Shown: positions 27,031 to 38,559 of the stretch, one piece after another
Numbering within the stretch: position 1 is the first letter of the stretch
Layout of the letters: each line of letters begins with the position of its first letter
Assembly: GCA_965214605.1 (NCBI GenBank)
Contig: OZ243961.1
Coordinates: 320,001 to 384,000, forward strand
DNA: 64,000 nucleotides
Direction: 5' to 3'
From: an uncultured Candidatus Binatia bacterium
GTDB lineage: Bacteria; Desulfobacterota; Binatia; Bin18
Notes under the pieces: generated by a model
What the model was told of the DNA's origin: nothing
Seen by the model: the letters and a program-made list of their open reading frames with translations, nothing else
Databases searched by the model: none
Translations under genes and position numbers: made by a program

Positions 27031-27057
27031 GGAATATAAGATTTTGACTATAGTCAA
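27031..27057. repeat. TGACTATAGTCA family copy 4
   Basis: GGAATATAAGATTTTGACTATAGTCAA. Confidence 0.85.
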
Positions 27058-27099
27058 TTAGGGCATGAGGGGATCTTTCTCAAGCACTGCAAAAGTTCT

Positions 27100-27918
27100 A
27101 TGCTGCGGAATACCCCACCTATGAGAAATGCCCTCGCCCTTGGCGGTGTATCTTTTCTGATCTGCAAACTCAGCTTTGCTGTCCTCAGTTGGTTTGTGGA
27201 TGAAAAAAAGACCGCTTTCGACTGGCAACAGCCTGAGCTCTCGCATTTCCTGCATCATTGTGTCCAACGCCTGAGAGAGAGCTTCTTCTCCCGGCCGTTT
27301 GGCCTTTCTATGTTGCTTGGCGGCAGTCTCATCTACCACCTCCTGTGCTTTTTGCCGGGTCTTGAGCTTCTTGCCCTGTTGGAGTCAGTCGTGTTCGAGA
27401 TTCCATATCGTGCCGGAGATGGGCTGTGGCAGTTCTTGTATCTTGATCCCCACAGTCGTCTGTGGCCGTGGAGTGTGTACGCCGGTATTGCTCTTGGTGG
27501 AGTTGGCTATGATATTGTATCTGGATTCGTCAGCTGGACGCTGCTCAAGGCGGCCGATCGGGCGAGATCAGGCCTCCTCGGCTTTCTCATTCTCAACGGC
27601 CTGTTCTTCGTGGTAGTAGGCGGCGGGTATGGCTATGGGGTGTTGACCGTCGTGTCGATCTCTTTGCCTAGAGCGCTCGACTACCGGGATATCGTGTTAG
27701 TCACCCCTCAAGTCATCAGCGTCAGTATCCCGATTCTTGCCTCTGGTGGGATTGGTTTTGCTCTCCTGGCCATACGTTGGCTGCCACTAGGGGTGCGTGC
27801 CTGGCTCTTTTCCCGGCCTAGCTCTCGTCGCAACGAGCCTCGTCTCCCTCTCCTTGGAACCGGGCTTGGCACAATCGTTGCCCTGCTCGTCGGCATCGTC
27901 ACCCTTATGATGGCATAG
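27100..27918 (+). CDS. Hypothetical polytopic membrane protein
   Basis: 272-aa ORF with about 6 hydrophobic segments; no recognised motif. Confidence 0.55.
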   Translation: MLRNTPPMRNALALGGVSFLICKLSFAVLSWFVDEKKTAFDWQQPELSHFLHHCVQRLRESFFSRPFGLSMLLGGSLIYHLLCFLPGLELLALLESVVFEIPYRAGDGLWQFLYLDPHSRLWPWSVYAGIALGGVGYDIVSGFVSWTLLKAADRARSGLLGFLILNGLFFVVVGGGYGYGVLTVVSISLPRALDYRDIVLVTPQVISVSIPILASGGIGFALLAIRWLPLGVRAWLFSRPSSRRNEPRLPLLGTGLGTIVALLVGIVTLMMA

Positions 27919-27932
27919 AAAAGGAGCCTCTT

Positions 27933-28400
27933 ATGAAACGTCGGATTGTGGGCTTTCATCGCGACCAAGAGAAGGAGTGGGTGGCCGAATTAGACTGCGG
28001 CCACGGTCAACATGTCCGTCACCGTCCTCCGTTTGAAAATCGTCCCTGGACAACGACCGAGGCGGGGCGGCGTTCAAAGCTGGGCTTCGAACTCATCTGT
28101 CCAAACTGCGCTCGTTTTGAGTTACCGAGCGGATTCCAGGCGTATAAACGGACGCCGGAATTTGAGGCGTCTTCTATACCAGACGGTCTGCGCAAAGCGC
28201 ACTCCACCAAACGCGGGGTATGGGCAAAAGTGAATGTTCTAGAAGGACAATTACGATATGCTACGCACGCCCCCCTCGCCCGGGAGTTCATCCTTGAGCC
28301 GGAGCGCCCGGGAATTATTGTCCCGGAGGTTCTTCATCATATTGCTCCGCTCGGCCCGGTCCGATTTTATGTCGAGTTTTATACACAGACCATCCCCTAG
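27933..28400 (+). CDS. DUF3565-DUF1971 (TehB N-terminal-like cupin) fusion
   Basis: WVAELDCGHGQHVRHRPP then HSTKRGVWAK...FYVEFY; RBS AAGGAG. Confidence 0.85.
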   Translation: MKRRIVGFHRDQEKEWVAELDCGHGQHVRHRPPFENRPWTTTEAGRRSKLGFELICPNCARFELPSGFQAYKRTPEFEASSIPDGLRKAHSTKRGVWAKVNVLEGQLRYATHAPLAREFILEPERPGIIVPEVLHHIAPLGPVRFYVEFYTQTIP

Positions 28401-28576
28401 GCTCTCTCTCCCTCGTCCCCGAAGAGGGGCGCCGATCAAATTTGGGAGCAGCCTTGGGGAGGGTCTGAGGGATGGTTTGTCCGGGGGTTTTTCTCGGAAG
28501 AAGAAATACGCTAAGGAGCACACGAATAGCGTCTCTTGTCTCGGCGCATGAAATTTTCACGACAGAGGAGACACGT

Positions 28577-29149
28577 ATGGTCAGAAAACCCCACCTCTAC
28601 CTAGCCGGTCCCGAAGTGTTCTTGCCCGATGCGGTGGAACACGCCCACAGACAGCGCCGCTTGTGCGAGCGCTACGGCTTTGTCGGTCTGCACCCGATGG
28701 ACAACAATGTTGAGCATCAAGAGGACTCCCTGCAAACAGCCGTGCGGATTTATCGCGGGGATATTGCCCAAATCCGAGCCTGTGACATTGTCGTTGCCAA
28801 CTGCAACGCTTTCCGCGGAGTGCTGATGGATGACGGGACGGCGTATGAAATCGGCTTTGGCAATGCCCTCGGAAAACCGGCCTACGGTTATATGAAAGCG
28901 CTCAATCCGGTCTCCGAGCGCACCCGCTCTCAGTATCCGTGTCGCCACTTAGCCGACGGAAAGACCATTGATCAGGAAGGCTACCTGGTCACCGACGATT
29001 TTGGCACCTCAATCAATCTGATGATGGAGTGTGGCATGCTTGATACCGGCGGACGTTTAGTTGAAGGCGATTTTGAAATCTGCTTACAAGCGATCCGTGA
29101 GGATATGGATCGCGGCAGGCTCCGCCTCCTTCTTCCGACGACCAGTTAA
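28577..29149 (+). CDS. Nucleoside 2-deoxyribosyltransferase family protein
   Basis: YLAGPEVF, DDGTAYEIG, NLMME; RBS GAGGAG. Confidence 0.88.
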   Translation: MVRKPHLYLAGPEVFLPDAVEHAHRQRRLCERYGFVGLHPMDNNVEHQEDSLQTAVRIYRGDIAQIRACDIVVANCNAFRGVLMDDGTAYEIGFGNALGKPAYGYMKALNPVSERTRSQYPCRHLADGKTIDQEGYLVTDDFGTSINLMMECGMLDTGGRLVEGDFEICLQAIREDMDRGRLRLLLPTTS

Positions 29150-29271
29150 AACCTCGGGGGGAGTCTCCGTATGGACGGGTCGCCCGGAGAAGATTCCTCT
29201 GCCCATCGGTCTCGTTCCCATTCAAGGATCCCTGCGGAGTTGGCCCTGGCTCTCACACGCGTCTTCCTAAG

Positions 29272-30405
29272 TCAGCAACACGCGGCAAAGCGCTCGAGGT
29301 GGTGTTCGGCATCGCCAAACGTCTGACTGATCGTGGTCAGGCGCCGAAAGGTATGGCTGACCTTAAATTCCTCGGTCATCCCCATGCCCCCGTGCAGCTG
29401 CACTGACTCCTGGCTGATATGCCGGCAGGCATCGGAGATCTTGATCTTGGCCGCGGCAATTACCCGTTTACGCTCGGCCGCATCGGCGCTATCCACCTTG
29501 ACGCAAGCCAAGCAGGCCATGGACTTGACCTGTTCGTAGGTAATCATCATATCGACCATCCGGTGCTGCAAGGCCTGAAATGAACCGATCGGCACGCCAA
29601 ACTGCTTGCGGGTTTTCAGATATTCCAGCGTAGCGTCGTTGGCAAACTTCACCGCTCCAACCGCTTCGGCACATACCAAGGCAATCGCATAATCCGTCAC
29701 TTCCTCAATGAGCGCGAAAGCCTGCCCCTCGGTGCCGATCAACGCGCTGGCAGGCACGGCTGTGGCCGAGAACCGGATGTCCGCCGCTCGAAGATTATCA
29801 ATCGTCCTATACGAGTTGAGGCTGATCCCGGGCGCATTGCGGTCCACCACAAAAAGACTGATGCCGTTAGGGTCCGTCTCCTCTCCCGCGGTCCGTGCCG
29901 AAACAATGAGCTGGTCTGCACACGGGCCGTGCAGGACCACACACTTCTCGCCGTCAATGATATAGCCGTTGTGAGCATTGGTTGCGCGACAGCCGACATG
30001 GGCCAGATCATAACGCGCCCCACGCTCCGTTTGGGCAAAGGCCAGCTTACACTTCCCCGCAATCAGGGCGGGCAGGATCGCCTGTTGCTGGGCTTGGCTA
30101 CCGCCCCGGGCAATGAACTGTCCGCCTAGGCCAACTGTGGCAAGATACGGCTCAACGAGCAGCCCCTCTCCAATCCCAGCCATAATCGGCATCAGGTCAA
30201 CGGCACGACCACCAAAGCCTCCCACCTGACTGGAAAACGGCAGGCCCAAGAGACCCAGAGCGGCGAGGCGAGACCACACCTGTTCACTATAGCCGGACTC
30301 GGACTCAATGATCGCGTGGCGGGCTTCAAACGTATACTCCCGGGCGAGAAACTGCTGGATGCTGTTGGCCAGCAGCTGCTGTTCTTCCGTGTAGTCAAAA
30401 TTCAC
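29272..30405 (-). CDS. Acyl-CoA dehydrogenase, PimD-like small subunit
   Basis: RKQFGVPIGSFQALQHR, QLHGGMG, FGDAEHHL. Confidence 0.9.
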   Translation of the reverse strand: MNFDYTEEQQLLANSIQQFLAREYTFEARHAIIESESGYSEQVWSRLAALGLLGLPFSSQVGGFGGRAVDLMPIMAGIGEGLLVEPYLATVGLGGQFIARGGSQAQQQAILPALIAGKCKLAFAQTERGARYDLAHVGCRATNAHNGYIIDGEKCVVLHGPCADQLIVSARTAGEETDPNGISLFVVDRNAPGISLNSYRTIDNLRAADIRFSATAVPASALIGTEGQAFALIEEVTDYAIALVCAEAVGAVKFANDATLEYLKTRKQFGVPIGSFQALQHRMVDMMITYEQVKSMACLACVKVDSADAAERKRVIAAAKIKISDACRHISQESVQLHGGMGMTEEFKVSHTFRRLTTISQTFGDAEHHLERFAACC

Positions 30406-30429
30406 GATGTTCTCTCCTGAGAGCCGTCT

Positions 30430-31608
30430 CTAGAGCCCGAGGGACCTTTTGGCAATGATATTCCGCTGTATCTCGTTTGAACCGGCATAGATGCTCGTCT
30501 TGCGATAGTTGCAGTAGCGAGGAGCAATCCGGGCGATGTCGGCGTCGAAGTTTGTCGCCTCACGTGGCTGAAAAGCTTGGGCAAATGGTCCGACTGCATC
30601 CATCATCAATTCGGTCAGGGCTTGCTGAATCTCGGTGCCGCGAATCTTGAGCAAAGACACCTCGGCTCCGGGATCACGCCCGCCACGCATCTGGTCGAGA
30701 AAGCGCAGGTTGGTGATCTCAAGTGCCATCAGCTCAACCTCGACCCGAGCCAGACGGTCAGCAAAACGGGAGTCTTCACGCAGCGGGCGGCCGTGTTTGG
30801 TCTGGCGTGCGGCCAGCTCCTTGAGACGGGTCAGTTCCCGTTTAGAGGTGCCGATACTCCCCGTGTTGAGACGTTCATGACCGAGCAGATATTTGGCCAC
30901 AGTCCAGCCGTCACCCTCCTTGTGGACCAGGTTTTCGGCCGGAACCCGCACGTTATCAAAAAAGACCTCGTTGACTTCATGGCCGCCATCCATAAGGAGC
31001 AAGGGCCGGACCGTAATACCCGGAGTGTTCATGTCGATCAGCACAAAGGAAATGCCGTCTTGTTTCTTCTGGGTCTGAAAATCGGTTCGCACCAGACAGA
31101 AGATCCAGTCAGCAAACTGAGCCAGGGTCGTCCAGATCTTCTGACCGTTGACTCTGTACTCATCGCCCTGGCGGACCGCACTCGTTTTGAGCGAGGCCAG
31201 GTCTGAGCCGGACTCAGGTTCGGAGTAGCCCTGACACCAAAAGTCGTCCCCATTATAAATGCGCGGCAGATATCGTGTCTTCTGTGCCTCTGTCCCAAAC
31301 CGAAACAGCACCGGCGCACACATCGACAGCCCAAACGGCATACGGCCCGGACAGCCAGCCGCCCCCATCTCTTCCTCAAAGATATAGCGCTCGACGATCG
31401 TCCAGTCTGTTCCACCCCACTCTTGTGGCCACTCTGGGGCCACCCAGCCTTTGGCTGCCAAGATCTTATGCCAACGAATGTAATCGTCTTTGCTAAGCTC
31501 CTGATAGTTGATGACTTTCTCGCGGATATCGTCGGGCAGATTGGCCTTGATCCACGATCGGACGTCGTCGCGGAAAGCGCTCTCTTCAGCTGAATAGTTC
31601 AGATCCAT
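30430..31608 (-). CDS. Acyl-CoA dehydrogenase, PimC-like large subunit
   Basis: WCQGYSEPESGSDLASL, SIYAGSNEIQRNII; paired with the PimD-like gene. Confidence 0.92.
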   Translation of the reverse strand: MDLNYSAEESAFRDDVRSWIKANLPDDIREKVINYQELSKDDYIRWHKILAAKGWVAPEWPQEWGGTDWTIVERYIFEEEMGAAGCPGRMPFGLSMCAPVLFRFGTEAQKTRYLPRIYNGDDFWCQGYSEPESGSDLASLKTSAVRQGDEYRVNGQKIWTTLAQFADWIFCLVRTDFQTQKKQDGISFVLIDMNTPGITVRPLLLMDGGHEVNEVFFDNVRVPAENLVHKEGDGWTVAKYLLGHERLNTGSIGTSKRELTRLKELAARQTKHGRPLREDSRFADRLARVEVELMALEITNLRFLDQMRGGRDPGAEVSLLKIRGTEIQQALTELMMDAVGPFAQAFQPREATNFDADIARIAPRYCNYRKTSIYAGSNEIQRNIIAKRSLGL

Positions 31609-32096
31609 CTTTACCTCTCGCAATCGTATCAAGTGGCGCACACAAACTACTAGCGGCCGATATCAATGGCGACCGCCCCAAACGGCTTCGCACACGTGAC
31701 TGCCGCACCGAGCCCCCCTCGGTCTGCCCAGGTCGTGGAGAAGCGTTCTCGCCAGTCCGGGATTTGATGGGAGGAACCAGTCCCTGCATACGCCGCCAGC
31801 CCGCCCTCTCTGGGACGAGGTGCACTTGCGGCTCACAAAGAAACCGCCGACCGCCAAGACTGCCACGGGGACGCTCAAGAGGGCTGAGGGTCATGACTGA
31901 AGCTGCCCGGGTGTGGGGAAATGCCGACCTCGACCCGGGCGCTGACGTCCCGTCACGAATTTCGCCGATCGCTTGATCGGCGGTCTGAAGCAAGTCTTGA
32001 TGTCTGACACGGGACAGATCCATACGCGCAAGACTAGCACGGTCAGGCGCAGAGAAACAGCGGACGCCCTGACTGAGACGGCCCGCCCGTCCAGCA

Positions 32097-33002
32097 TTAG
32101 GCCGCGGCCCACTGCTGGCGTAAGAACTCGCCCACCCGCACAATCGCGTCCCGGCCCTCCGGCAGCATAGGGTGGAAAGCGTGCCAAACATGAATCATGT
32201 CTTCCCAGATCTCCAGGGTACTGTTCACACCGTCAGTTCTCGCCTTTTGGTCGAGTTTAATTGCGTCATCGAGTAAGACCTCATCGTGGCCCACGTGAAT
32301 CAACAGCGGGGGGAGTGAGCGGAGATCAGCAAAGTTCGGCGACGCGTAGGGATCTTTCGCGTTTTTATCCTGAAGATATAGCTCAACCATTTTCCCGATA
32401 TCCGCTCCAACCATGGGATCTTGCTCGGCTCGAGTCTGATAGGATTCATTGGAACACGTCAGGTCTGACCAAGGGCTGATGCATACGGCTGCCGCCGGCA
32501 GCGTTAAGGTGGTATCACGGGCCGCAACCAGGGTTGCCACAGTCAGCCCGCCGCCGGCAGAATCACCTGCGATGGCGAGATTTTGTGGTTTAAACCCGTG
32601 TTCCAGCAGCCATTGATAGGCGGCCACCCCATCCTCAACAGCGGCTGGGAACGGCTCTTCTGGACCGAGCCGATACGCAAGCATGAGTACTGCGGCCCCG
32701 GCCGTCCGCGACACCTCCCCACCGAGTGAGCGATGGGTGTTGAGCGACCCCATCACATAGCCACCGCCGTGGAAATACAGGATGGCCCGCTCGGCTTGGG
32801 CGTCCGGCGCACGCAGCCATTCGGCTGGACGGCCAGCCACGGTCACGGCTTCAACTCCAATATCATCGGCAACCCGAAAGGCCACTTTTTCCATGCCTGC
32901 CCGCCGCTGGGCTAAGCTGACAGGCCTGCCCGCCGCCGCCGCGTTTTTCTCGCGCAAAATACGTTTTAACTTAATAATCTCCGGTCCGGCCATGTCTCTC
33001 AT
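32097..33002 (-). CDS. HSL-family alpha/beta hydrolase (esterase/lactonase)
   Basis: HGGG, GDSAG, HVW. Confidence 0.92.
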   Translation of the reverse strand: MRDMAGPEIIKLKRILREKNAAAAGRPVSLAQRRAGMEKVAFRVADDIGVEAVTVAGRPAEWLRAPDAQAERAILYFHGGGYVMGSLNTHRSLGGEVSRTAGAAVLMLAYRLGPEEPFPAAVEDGVAAYQWLLEHGFKPQNLAIAGDSAGGGLTVATLVAARDTTLTLPAAAVCISPWSDLTCSNESYQTRAEQDPMVGADIGKMVELYLQDKNAKDPYASPNFADLRSLPPLLIHVGHDEVLLDDAIKLDQKARTDGVNSTLEIWEDMIHVWHAFHPMLPEGRDAIVRVGEFLRQQWAAA

Positions 33003-33094
33003 GCCCTCCTTTACAGGTGAATGCCGATAGCCACCTCATCAAAAAAGAGACTATCGTTGACCTGTGCCTCTACAAGACTCCTATTTTTCATACG

Positions 33095-33650
33095 CTATTC
33101 TGAACCGGAAGGAAAGCTGAGTCGCTCTGCCGCCCGAGAATCTCGCGGCGCCCCAGCCCAGTCTTTCCCAATCGTCGTTTCAACTTCAATTGGCGCACGG
33201 TCGCCAATACTCTCTTGCCTAGCGGCGGTCAGGTGGCGGGCCAGCCACTCCGCCCCCTGGCCCGCCTCGGTCAGCGGAGCTTCAGCCATAATTTCGTCGT
33301 GCACACAGGCCACTGGAAACGCTCCGGGCACCTCGGCGATGTTCAAACAGGCCACCTCGAGCGAGTTTCAACCCGTCCCCACCGGTGCCCTGAACCGGAA
33401 TATTGAGCAGGATATTGAAATGGCGAACACCCACAAACCGCCTGCCGCTCAGGGGGCGAGTCTCAAGCAGCGGAGGCGTCAAACAGGGAGACATGGTCAG
33501 GAGTGGCAATCTGGACGAGCTGCAAGGCGTCTCTTCACCGGTCCAGGCCCGTTGTTTCGGTGTCACAGGCAAGGACTGGTGCGGCGGGGAGTCGAGGGAA
33601 GAGCGGGGGGAGGTGGCTGAGGTGAGAGACGGAAGTGTACGCCGGAGTTG
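33095..33650 (-). pseudogene. Family A DNA polymerase remnant with large internal deletion and frameshifts
   Basis: Fragments in three frames: LACDTETTGLD (ExoI), TRPLSGRRF..LLNIPVQGTGGDGLKLA, CVHDEI..EAP...IEVETTIGKDWA. Confidence 0.85.
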
Positions 33651-33792
33651 GACTAAGGAGGGCGAGGACCTCTTGTTGATCGGCGGCCCTCCTCCTTGCC
33701 GGGGCGGGGCGCGCCAGCCGTGTCCTGTCCAGCCGGCTGACCACACGCTTCAGCAAACAGCACCCCCTGCCGGTCAAGCCCCCCGGTCGCCA

Positions 33793-34632
33793 TTACCCCG
33801 TCTGGACTTCTCCACGCAGACTATCTCGCTCTCCTCGCAGAAAAGCGGTCATACACGAATAGGCGTGAGGGTCTTGTAGAAAGAACACATGTCCGCCCTC
33901 AAACAGCTCCAGTTGAGCCGACGCAATCTGTCCCAGCATGGCACGCTGATTGCCGACCTGTGCAATCCCGTCGTAGCGACCGGCGGCGATAAACACCGGC
34001 ATAGTCAGATGCGGTAAACGGCCGTAGGTATCGTGATCCTTGCGGGCCTCAATCTGGCGGCGGGCCCCTATGGCGTGACCTGGCTCGTCGACTCCAAGAC
34101 GCTGACCGGTCAGCGTCTCATCGATAAGAGCCTGAAATTCGTCCGGATTAGCCGCCTGCCAGTCCGCATCGCGACGGACGTCCCCTAGCTCCACCACCCG
34201 CCGTGCCCAGTCTTCGCGCTTGAGTCCGACAAGTTCATGTAGGGGATAGGAAGCGCCCCCCTGTCCCCCACTGCTGGTACAGCTCAGCAGCAAACGCTCG
34301 ACCCGGTGCCCATAGCGGATCGCAAACTCTTGGGCAACCATACCACCAAAGGAGACGCCCATCACCATGCACCGTTCCCAGCCCAGCGCGTCGAGCAAGG
34401 CATTGGCATCAGCGGCATAGTCCGCCATGGTATACGGGACGTCAGGTTTATCGGTGCGGCCGAGGCCGCGTTGGTCATAGGCCAGCACCTCGGAATGCTG
34501 GCTGAATGGAGTGTCAAAGGCATTTGGTGACCGGCGCAGATCTGCGCCGGTACCACTGATAAAGAGCACGCGCGGTCCGCTACCACGGGTTTCATAGTAC
34601 ATCTGCAGATCACGAACAGCAATGAATGGCAT
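33793..34632 (-). CDS. Alpha/beta hydrolase (enol-lactonase-like)
   Basis: YDQRGLG, GVSFGG, GRYDG, GGH. Confidence 0.9.
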   Translation of the reverse strand: MPFIAVRDLQMYYETRGSGPRVLFISGTGADLRRSPNAFDTPFSQHSEVLAYDQRGLGRTDKPDVPYTMADYAADANALLDALGWERCMVMGVSFGGMVAQEFAIRYGHRVERLLLSCTSSGGQGGASYPLHELVGLKREDWARRVVELGDVRRDADWQAANPDEFQALIDETLTGQRLGVDEPGHAIGARRQIEARKDHDTYGRLPHLTMPVFIAAGRYDGIAQVGNQRAMLGQIASAQLELFEGGHVFFLQDPHAYSCMTAFLRGERDSLRGEVQTG

Positions 34633-35609
34633 GACCGTCCTCCTCACCGTTCAAAATGATGTGAACGAGAATCCCCCCTGAGGAGATCCTCTGCTTCCTT
34701 ATTGACTAGCATGCGGGTAGTCCTCAGCTCAAGCCGGTGGCAGTCTGGTAACCGAGAGCAATCACGATGGCCTGTTCAGCAACAAATATCCGTCGGACGC
34801 CTTGTAGGCCTTGAGTCCCAAAAGCGGCTATCCCATATCAGCCCCTCGCCGCCCCGCTAGGCGTAGTGCGACTGGTAACAGGAGGGCGTCCGGGACATGG
34901 ACAAGTGACCGAGGGGATCGCGGGCGCTTGCCGTCTGAGGGCGGCCCACGGTCTCTGGGGGGAGTTGAAATCAAGTGCTCACCTGCCGGTTTTGTCGGGC
35001 GTGTGGATCAGGAGAGGCACGACGGCCGCTAGGGGCATCGTTTCCTGCGCGGTGCGCTTCACGGCCTGGGCTAGGGCGCGCGAGGTTATCGCAGCCTGTC
35101 CCGTCCGCAGGACCTGCCTCTCCTTAGGGGGACGCTTTCATCCACAAACGGCAGATGGTGCAGCCGCGCGTCTCGCTCTGGTGTCGGGAATCTCGAGGAC
35201 CTGTGAGAGCGGGATTTACGAATCCCCTCTAGGCTACGTCCCGAAGCGCAGGCCCGCAGGCTTAGGCACGTTTAGACGTACGGTCAAAAGCCCCACCTCG
35301 GACCCGTTCATATACAGATGACAGAGAAGTTGGGGGGAGCTTGCCGCAAGAGCGCGCCAGCTGCACGAACACTGTGAACACCAGAGCCCGCGTTCGGAGG
35401 GACTCGCCGTGGTGGCGCAATAGCACCTAGCGGACTCGCGCCACTCGGCCAACGAGTCAGGTCCCAAGCCACCCCGTGTCACGTCACAGTCCAAAGCATT
35501 ACTCGACAGCGTCAGCTGTCCGCTTTTTCCCTGTCGTCCCCGACCCATGGCGGGTTCGCCCGTTTATGCCAAGTCACGCTTCGACAAAGCAAGCATACTG
35601 TTTCCCTCC

Positions 35610-36230
35610 CCCTCTCCTCAGAGGGGGAAGACCGACAAGAACCCGGCTGCAGAACTGCCCTGTTCCTATCGAGCGCCCCTTCACTGACGGAGAATACCAC
35701 CTGCCACAGCCGCCCGGGACCCGAAATAAATGGACCCGTCTTGATCCGGGTAATCGGGGACCGGGGCTTGGGTTATATACCGGCCCTCAAAGAAACCTCC
35801 CCGCCAGGCAAAAGAAAAGTCCTGGGCGACCAGGGCCAGCGGGCGACTGCCGAACAGCCGGGAGACGAACCACCCACAGCAGAGGCCGCCGGCCAGAAAG
35901 ACGAAGTGGGTCACCAAGTGCCGGAAGAGGGGTATGCTGCGGTCATCCCGTCAGCCCAAAGCCTGCTCAAGCAGCAGCGGCTGAAAGACACCCCCATAAA
36001 AGCGGTCATGGTTCTTGAGCAATGCGTCGGGGGTGCCCAGTAGAGAGGCGAGGTGGGCGGGGACGGCGGCACGCGGCGCAAAGGGGTCGCTTGCCACGCC
36101 GTCAGCGTCCAGCACGGCCGCACCGAGACCGGCGACGAGGAGGCACCCTACTCACGTCAGGGGGCGGAACGGGAGGCACCGCCGCCGTGTCAAGGCGCTC
36201 GCTCTGTCGGAAGTCGGAGAGGGCATCGGG
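35610..36230 (-). pseudogene. Internally deleted remnant of the GT-C/ArnT-like gene (paralog of 57342-59315)
   Basis: THFVFLAGGLCCGWFVSRLFGSRPLALVA matches the N-terminal part; 35670-35770 resembles the C-terminal end at 57360-57460. Confidence 0.75.
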
Positions 36231-36647
36231 GGGACACAACCTCTCCCTTACAGAGAGGGGGCCTTCGCCAGAGGCGCACGAGCTAGTCCGGACTGCCAGG
36301 GGCGGCGGGCAGTGGGACGAATGTCGGGCACCTCTCGTCGCAGGGCACGGGCTGTCATCACGAAAACGAGAGAGCAGGGAGGGAAAACGAGGCGAGGGAG
36401 GGCTCTAGGGCACCCGTTTTCCGCCTTCTCTTCAACAAGGAAGTGGCTTCAGCAATCCCGCCGCCGGGAATCGGTCACGGCACGCCAACGGGAGCCCCTA
36501 CCACGCGGGCCGCTCTTCGCTGAAGGGAACTCTCCCTTCTCCTGCCACAGACTCCAACCGGCACCACGCGGGATTTCTTCCCCGAGAGCTCTTTTGCTAT
36601 GCCCGCTAAGCTGCTAACAATGGGGGAAGGATGAAGGAGGGACAGTC

Positions 36648-38513
36648 ATGCAGCATCGAGGATTCCGCAGCAGCATTACCACCCAGGGCCGGCGCATGGC
36701 CGGCGCTCGGGCCTTGTGGCGGGCGACCGGCATGCAGACCGCAGATTTTCAGAAGCCGATTATTGCCATCGCCAATTCGTTTACCCAGTTTGTCCCTGGC
36801 CACGTCCATCTCCACCAAGTTGGGCAGATGGTCAAAGAAGTCATTGACCGCCAGGGCGGCTATGGGGTGGAGTTCAATACGATTGCGGTAGATGACGGGA
36901 TCGCGATGGGCCACGATGGGATGTTGTACTCCTTGCCCAGCCGCGAGCTGATTGCGGATAGTGTGGAATATATGGTCCAGGGCCACAAGGCCGACGCTCT
37001 GCTCTGTATATCCAACTGCGATAAAATTACCCCAGGGATGCTGCTGGCGACCATGCGCCTTAATATTCCGACCATTTTTGTGTCTGGTGGGCCGATGGAA
37101 GCCGGGAAAACCGAGCTCTCCTCCGGCCCGGCTAAACTTGATCTGGTCAACGCGATGGTCGGGGCCGGGGACGATACCCTGTCGGATGAAGAGGTGGCGA
37201 AGATGGAAGAGGCGGCCTGTCCGACCTGTGGCTCCTGTTCCGGGATGTTTACTGCCAACAGTATGAATTGCCTGAATGAGGCACTCGGTCTGGCCCTACC
37301 GGGCAACGGCACCATCCTGGCGACGCATGCCCTACGCTGGCAGTTGTTCGAGCGCGCGGCCAAACGTCTCGTTGAGATGGCCAAGGCTTATTATATCGAC
37401 GGCGACGAGTCGGTCCTACCGCGCCGCATCGCCACCTTTGAGGCATTTGAGAACGCCATGACATTGGACATCGCCATGGGGGGGTCAACGAACACCGTCC
37501 TGCATCTGTTGGCTACCGCTCAGGAGGCTGGAGTAAACTTCACCATGGCCGATATTGATCGGCTGTCGCGCCAGGTGCCGTGTATCTGTAAGCTGGCTCC
37601 GGCCTCTGCCAAATACCACATTGAGGACTGTGCCCATGCCGGCGGCATCCCGACCATTTTGGGGGAGTTGGAACGGCTGGGAAAGATTCACACCGCCGTG
37701 GGGACCGTCAGCGGTCAAACCATCGGCGAGATGCTTGCAAACAATGATATCCGCCGCTCCACTTCGGACGAATTTGCCCACCAACGTAGTATCGCCGCCC
37801 CAGGCAATGTCCGGACCAAGCAGGGGTTTTCCCAAGAGAAGTATTATGAACATGCTGACCTCGACGCCATCAACGGCTGCATTAGGGCGGGCGAGTTCGC
37901 CTACAGCCACGACGGGGGGCTGGCCGTCCTATTCGGCAACCTGGCCGAGAACGGTTGTATTGTGAAAACGGCCGGGGTGGACGAATCCATTTGGGTCATG
38001 GAAGGGCCGGCGCGTATCTTTGAGTCGCAGGACGAAGCCTGCGCCGGGATCCTTGACAATAAGCTCAAGCCCGGCGATGTGGTGATCATTCGCTACGAAG
38101 GCCCCAAGGGCGGGCCGGGGATGCAGGAAATGCTGTATCCCACCTCGTACATCAAATCCAAACAGCTGGGCACCACCTGTGCGCTGGTAACCGACGGGCG
38201 GTTTAGCGGCGGCACCAGCGGCCTGTCTATCGGCCATGTCTCGCCGGAGGCGGCGGAGGGCGGCGCTATTGCCCTGGTGGAGGATGGGGATATCATTCAG
38301 ATTGATATCCCCAAGCGCTCAATCAACGTCCTGGTGTCAGACGCCGAGCTGGCTGCCCGTCGCACCAAGATGGCAGCTCGTGGCAAGGAGGCGTATACGC
38401 CGGCCAAGCGCAAGCGCAAAGTGTCGGCTGCCCTGCAAGCCTACGCTGCGCTGACCACGAGTGCCGACCGTGGGGCAGTCCGCGATATTGAGCAGATTCA
38501 GGCCGGTAGGTAG
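36648..38513 (+). CDS. ilvD: Dihydroxy-acid dehydratase
   Basis: [47 protein letters not shown]. Confidence 0.98.
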   Translation: MQHRGFRSSITTQGRRMAGARALWRATGMQTADFQKPIIAIANSFTQFVPGHVHLHQVGQMVKEVIDRQGGYGVEFNTIAVDDGIAMGHDGMLYSLPSRELIADSVEYMVQGHKADALLCISNCDKITPGMLLATMRLNIPTIFVSGGPMEAGKTELSSGPAKLDLVNAMVGAGDDTLSDEEVAKMEEAACPTCGSCSGMFTANSMNCLNEALGLALPGNGTILATHALRWQLFERAAKRLVEMAKAYYIDGDESVLPRRIATFEAFENAMTLDIAMGGSTNTVLHLLATAQEAGVNFTMADIDRLSRQVPCICKLAPASAKYHIEDCAHAGGIPTILGELERLGKIHTAVGTVSGQTIGEMLANNDIRRSTSDEFAHQRSIAAPGNVRTKQGFSQEKYYEHADLDAINGCIRAGEFAYSHDGGLAVLFGNLAENGCIVKTAGVDESIWVMEGPARIFESQDEACAGILDNKLKPGDVVIIRYEGPKGGPGMQEMLYPTSYIKSKQLGTTCALVTDGRFSGGTSGLSIGHVSPEAAEGGAIALVEDGDIIQIDIPKRSINVLVSDAELAARRTKMAARGKEAYTPAKRKRKVSAALQAYAALTTSADRGAVRDIEQIQAGR

Positions 38514-38559
38514 CCAGAGCACCATGGCGAGAGGACTGTGCTGCTCCCTCATCCTGGCG

